Positions 61,234-64,000 of a DNA stretch of 64,000 nucleotides are shown here, one piece after another (positions within the stretch are counted from its first letter, which is position 1; each line of letters starts with the position of its first letter). The stretch is from assembly GCA_963514005.1 (NCBI GenBank), contig OY740781.1:113460001-113524000 (forward strand), in the 5' to 3' direction. This DNA comes from Raja brachyura (lineage: Eukaryota). Under the pieces are notes generated by a model. It was not told the origin of the DNA. It worked only from the letters and a program-made list of their open reading frames with translations, and searched no databases. Made by a program: the position numbers and the translations under genes.

Positions 61234-63466
61234 CTGTCAAAGCGATTGGATTTCACAAGTTTAACATGCAATTTGCATATCTACATTTACACATTTTTTT
61301 AAAATACACCAAAGTGGCCATTAACAAGTTTCCAACATCTTTGACCTAACTTAGTAAAACCTGGACAAAAATAAGAATTCCAGCACCAAACTTTGATTCT
61401 CTGCTGGTTGCAGAAAATGGGCAAAAGCTCATTGTGATTTACGGCTTATCCTATTCTCTTCTTTCACCCCTATAATTTTACCCACCTGGCCACTTGCCTC
61501 TAAACAGCCTCCTTCAGCAGAGAGGGTGAGGCAGTCCAGGCCGCAGACTTCTCCACGACCATCAATGCCGTTCCTTGATTGACCATCAGGAGGCACATTT
61601 GCTAAGAGGAGATATGAGCAATGTTAGTTTTTCCTCCTCTCCAAGATGGAACGCTCTGTTACCTGGACAAAAGCTAGCTAAATACTCCCCTTATCATGGG
61701 TAATAAAAATCCTCCAAACATAAAACAAGCTGATTCCACTACCTTATTCCTTTATAGAAATTTAGGCACAAAAGTTTACTGGCCAATTGAAAACTATCTA
61801 CAAATGAAGCACCTTGAAGGACACCAATGTGGTGTCATAAGAAATAACACACAAGATTTCACTTGGTTAAATAAACAGTAAAGCTAAAAGGGTGTCTAAC
61901 GGCACCAAAGGAAAACAGACATCAGATGGGCTAAAAAGATTTAATTACCCTTATTTGCTATTTAACATTGCCAATTTCTTTGTCAATACTTCGAGCAAAT
62001 ATATACAAAGAAACCTCTTATTTATTAACATTTCACCAAAAATCTTACCACTTCACAAAAGTGTATTACCAGCCAATTAGCCAAATGCTGTAACTTACTA
62101 TTGTAGGTATCATATTCTGGAGCATATCCGTAGTTGTTGTAGTTATACCCAGAGTAATCATAACCTCCATATCCATTGTAACCTGGATTGCTATAGCCAT
62201 TGTTGTAACTACTATAACCTTGATTCCAGTAGCTGTTGTATCCCTGGTTCCAGTTCTGATTTTGTCCTACGAAAAGATAGCAATACAAACAACTTTGGAG
62301 TTTGTTCTGAAGCACATTGTAACCCAAATTGTCTGTGAGAGGAAACCAGAGATCTAAAACTCAGTGGGGGAAAAAAAGCCAAAATATTCACTGCGTTCTC
62401 TGCCATAATCCAGAAACACCATAAGAAGTTGCCACTATTAAAAGGAAATTGAAAGCCCACACAAGGGAATCCAATCCTACTATACAATGCCAGACAACAC
62501 CATGTTTTTACTTAAGAGTCAATATCAGGATGTCCACATATGCAAAATAGGGAAATGGCCTCATGTGTACTGCACAACTGACAAATTTAGGAAGATACAG
62601 AGGATCGCAAATATCTATGCAATGTGATTTTGATTACAGCAACACTAAATCTGGCAATTTGACAATGGAATTGTAGTAAATGCATGCTCAAATGAAACAT
62701 TTCTTGCCAAAAGCAATAATTTTCAAAATTTACGTATCTAAAAGTCACCTAATGGATGTCATGCAGCATCACAAAAGCCATAATTATATTCTACAGTCCA
62801 TCCACTTGCCACCAACTAACCCAAACACATTGAAGTGTTAAAAGAGAAAGACCAGACAGAGTCTTGGGTTACACAAAAGGATCATCGCTGAGATGAATTG
62901 CTGGATGAGACAATTACCACTAGTATCATCCTATAATTGGCGATTCAAATCTTTCCTCCACTATGGTAAAAGGGCAATTCTAATATGCAAACATGATTTA
63001 CCCTGCTCCTCAGAAACAATGAAAACAAGATCTGGTATATGGGCAACATCCTTCAACATGTTCTTCTATTACCAACCATAAAATTGCTAACAAATTGCTA
63101 AATACTCCACAAACCACCAGATCATATTGTTAAACGGATATAGATCAAGACATGACAATCATTTACTTAATCTCATCCTATTCTTCCACAAACAGTGTTT
63201 TAATCCTTTCCCAACCAATATATAGAACCCGATAATCTCCCATGGAACAAGTGGGGGTAGGTTAACCAAGTAAACAGATAATTACCTAGCCATGCATTTC
63301 TTTACTGCTCCAGTAAAGAGACCATTTCACGATCAAAGCCCACTCATCAGGAAATTAACTTACCCCCTCTACCGCGACCTCTTCCACCAAACCCACCTCC
63401 ACCTCTGCCTCCTCGTTGCTGCTGCTGCCTGTAGACTTCCTTGGGCTGTGCCACTTTAATTTCACA
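61163..63466 (-). CDS. HNRNPDL: Heterogeneous nuclear ribonucleoprotein D-like, partial (last three coding exons; RRM exons lie beyond the window)
   Basis: complement(join(63364-63466,62099-62266,61163-61233)), GT-AG, phases consistent. CEIKVAQPKEVYRQQQQ and KASRG...HQNNYQPY* are HNRNPDL-type. Tandem same-strand position upstream of HNRNPD. Confidence 0.93.
62099..62266 (-). CDS. HNRNPDL: HNRNPDL Tyr/Gly-rich prion-like exon (equivalent of mammalian exon 6)
   Basis: ttcgtag|GA...A|gtaagt, 168 nt, in frame. [55 protein letters not shown]. Confidence 0.93.
63364..63466 (-). CDS. HNRNPDL: HNRNPDL Q/RGG exon
   Basis: taatag|TGT...G|gtaagt, 103 nt. CEIKVAQPKEVYRQQQQRGGRGGGGFGGRGRGRG. Confidence 0.93.
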
Positions 63467-64000
63467 CTATTAAAAACATTTAAAAACACAGGTTAAAATA
63501 CAGCCACAAAATTCAGAAACATTACAATTTACTGTGCAAATATTTTGAACGACTTTCAAAGAGAACTGTATAGGCTTGATTCATATATTACACAATCCAT
63601 TTGTCAATTAGAGATTTGTGCGCAATGGCTCTGGATCTCTGCATCATCCAATCATCCAAACAATTCTCCACAGTAGATGGCAGAGGCAAATGTCTATCCT
63701 GAGAGCAGGAAAGAGCTCCTACTCCAGGGATTTACGAGGGCCAAAAGGGGTCATTAAGTAACAATGGCAAGGCATTGTTTACATACTGGAAAGAGAGTAA
63801 CTAACAAGAGGGAGCATCCTAAAGGTAGGGTAGGGAAGGAAATGTATGCCTGGAGCCGGGCGAGGTACGAAACATGTACAATGGATGAGTATTCACCAAG
63901 GAAAAGGATATGGATAATGTTGTTAGGGATATGCTAATGTTCTGTGGCATAAGACCAAGGTGTTAGGTCTTAGAAAAAAAACATTAAAGTGGTTTAAGCC

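Noticed and set aside
61163-63466. Assignment as HNRNPAB or a second HNRNPD
   Set aside because: EVYRQQQ, KASRG...NNYQPY and the tandem position next to HNRNPD fit HNRNPDL.

Overview
This is vertebrate genomic DNA, inferred to be from a cartilaginous fish (skate/ray-like) from its repeat content; the species cannot be fixed from sequence alone. Three genes are supported by GT-AG exon reconstruction. (1) A VAMP8-family R-SNARE on + (exons 6055-6213 and 15983-16126; ATG exon not found). (2) A complete HNRNPD/AUF1 on - (CpG-island promoter near 26.8 kb, 7 coding exons, 340 aa, a 3'UTR cassette exon and a terminal exon). (3) The 3' half of HNRNPDL on - (63466 to about 59945). The rest is mostly nested transposable elements: CR1 LINEs (one with an esterase ORF1), L1, Rex1/Babar, RTE, Penelope-like fragments with minimal hammerhead motifs, Tc1, hAT, Academ, two non-autonomous Helitrons, a TTAA MITE and a Gypsy-type LTR remnant. 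There are two assembly gaps. The most notable signal is a pair of sequence blocks identical between HNRNPD and HNRNPDL at their NMD poison exons. The two blocks are mutually complementary and predict a roughly 24-bp RNA hairpin that hides the polypyrimidine tract and AG acceptor. All TE boundaries were read by eye and most are approximate.
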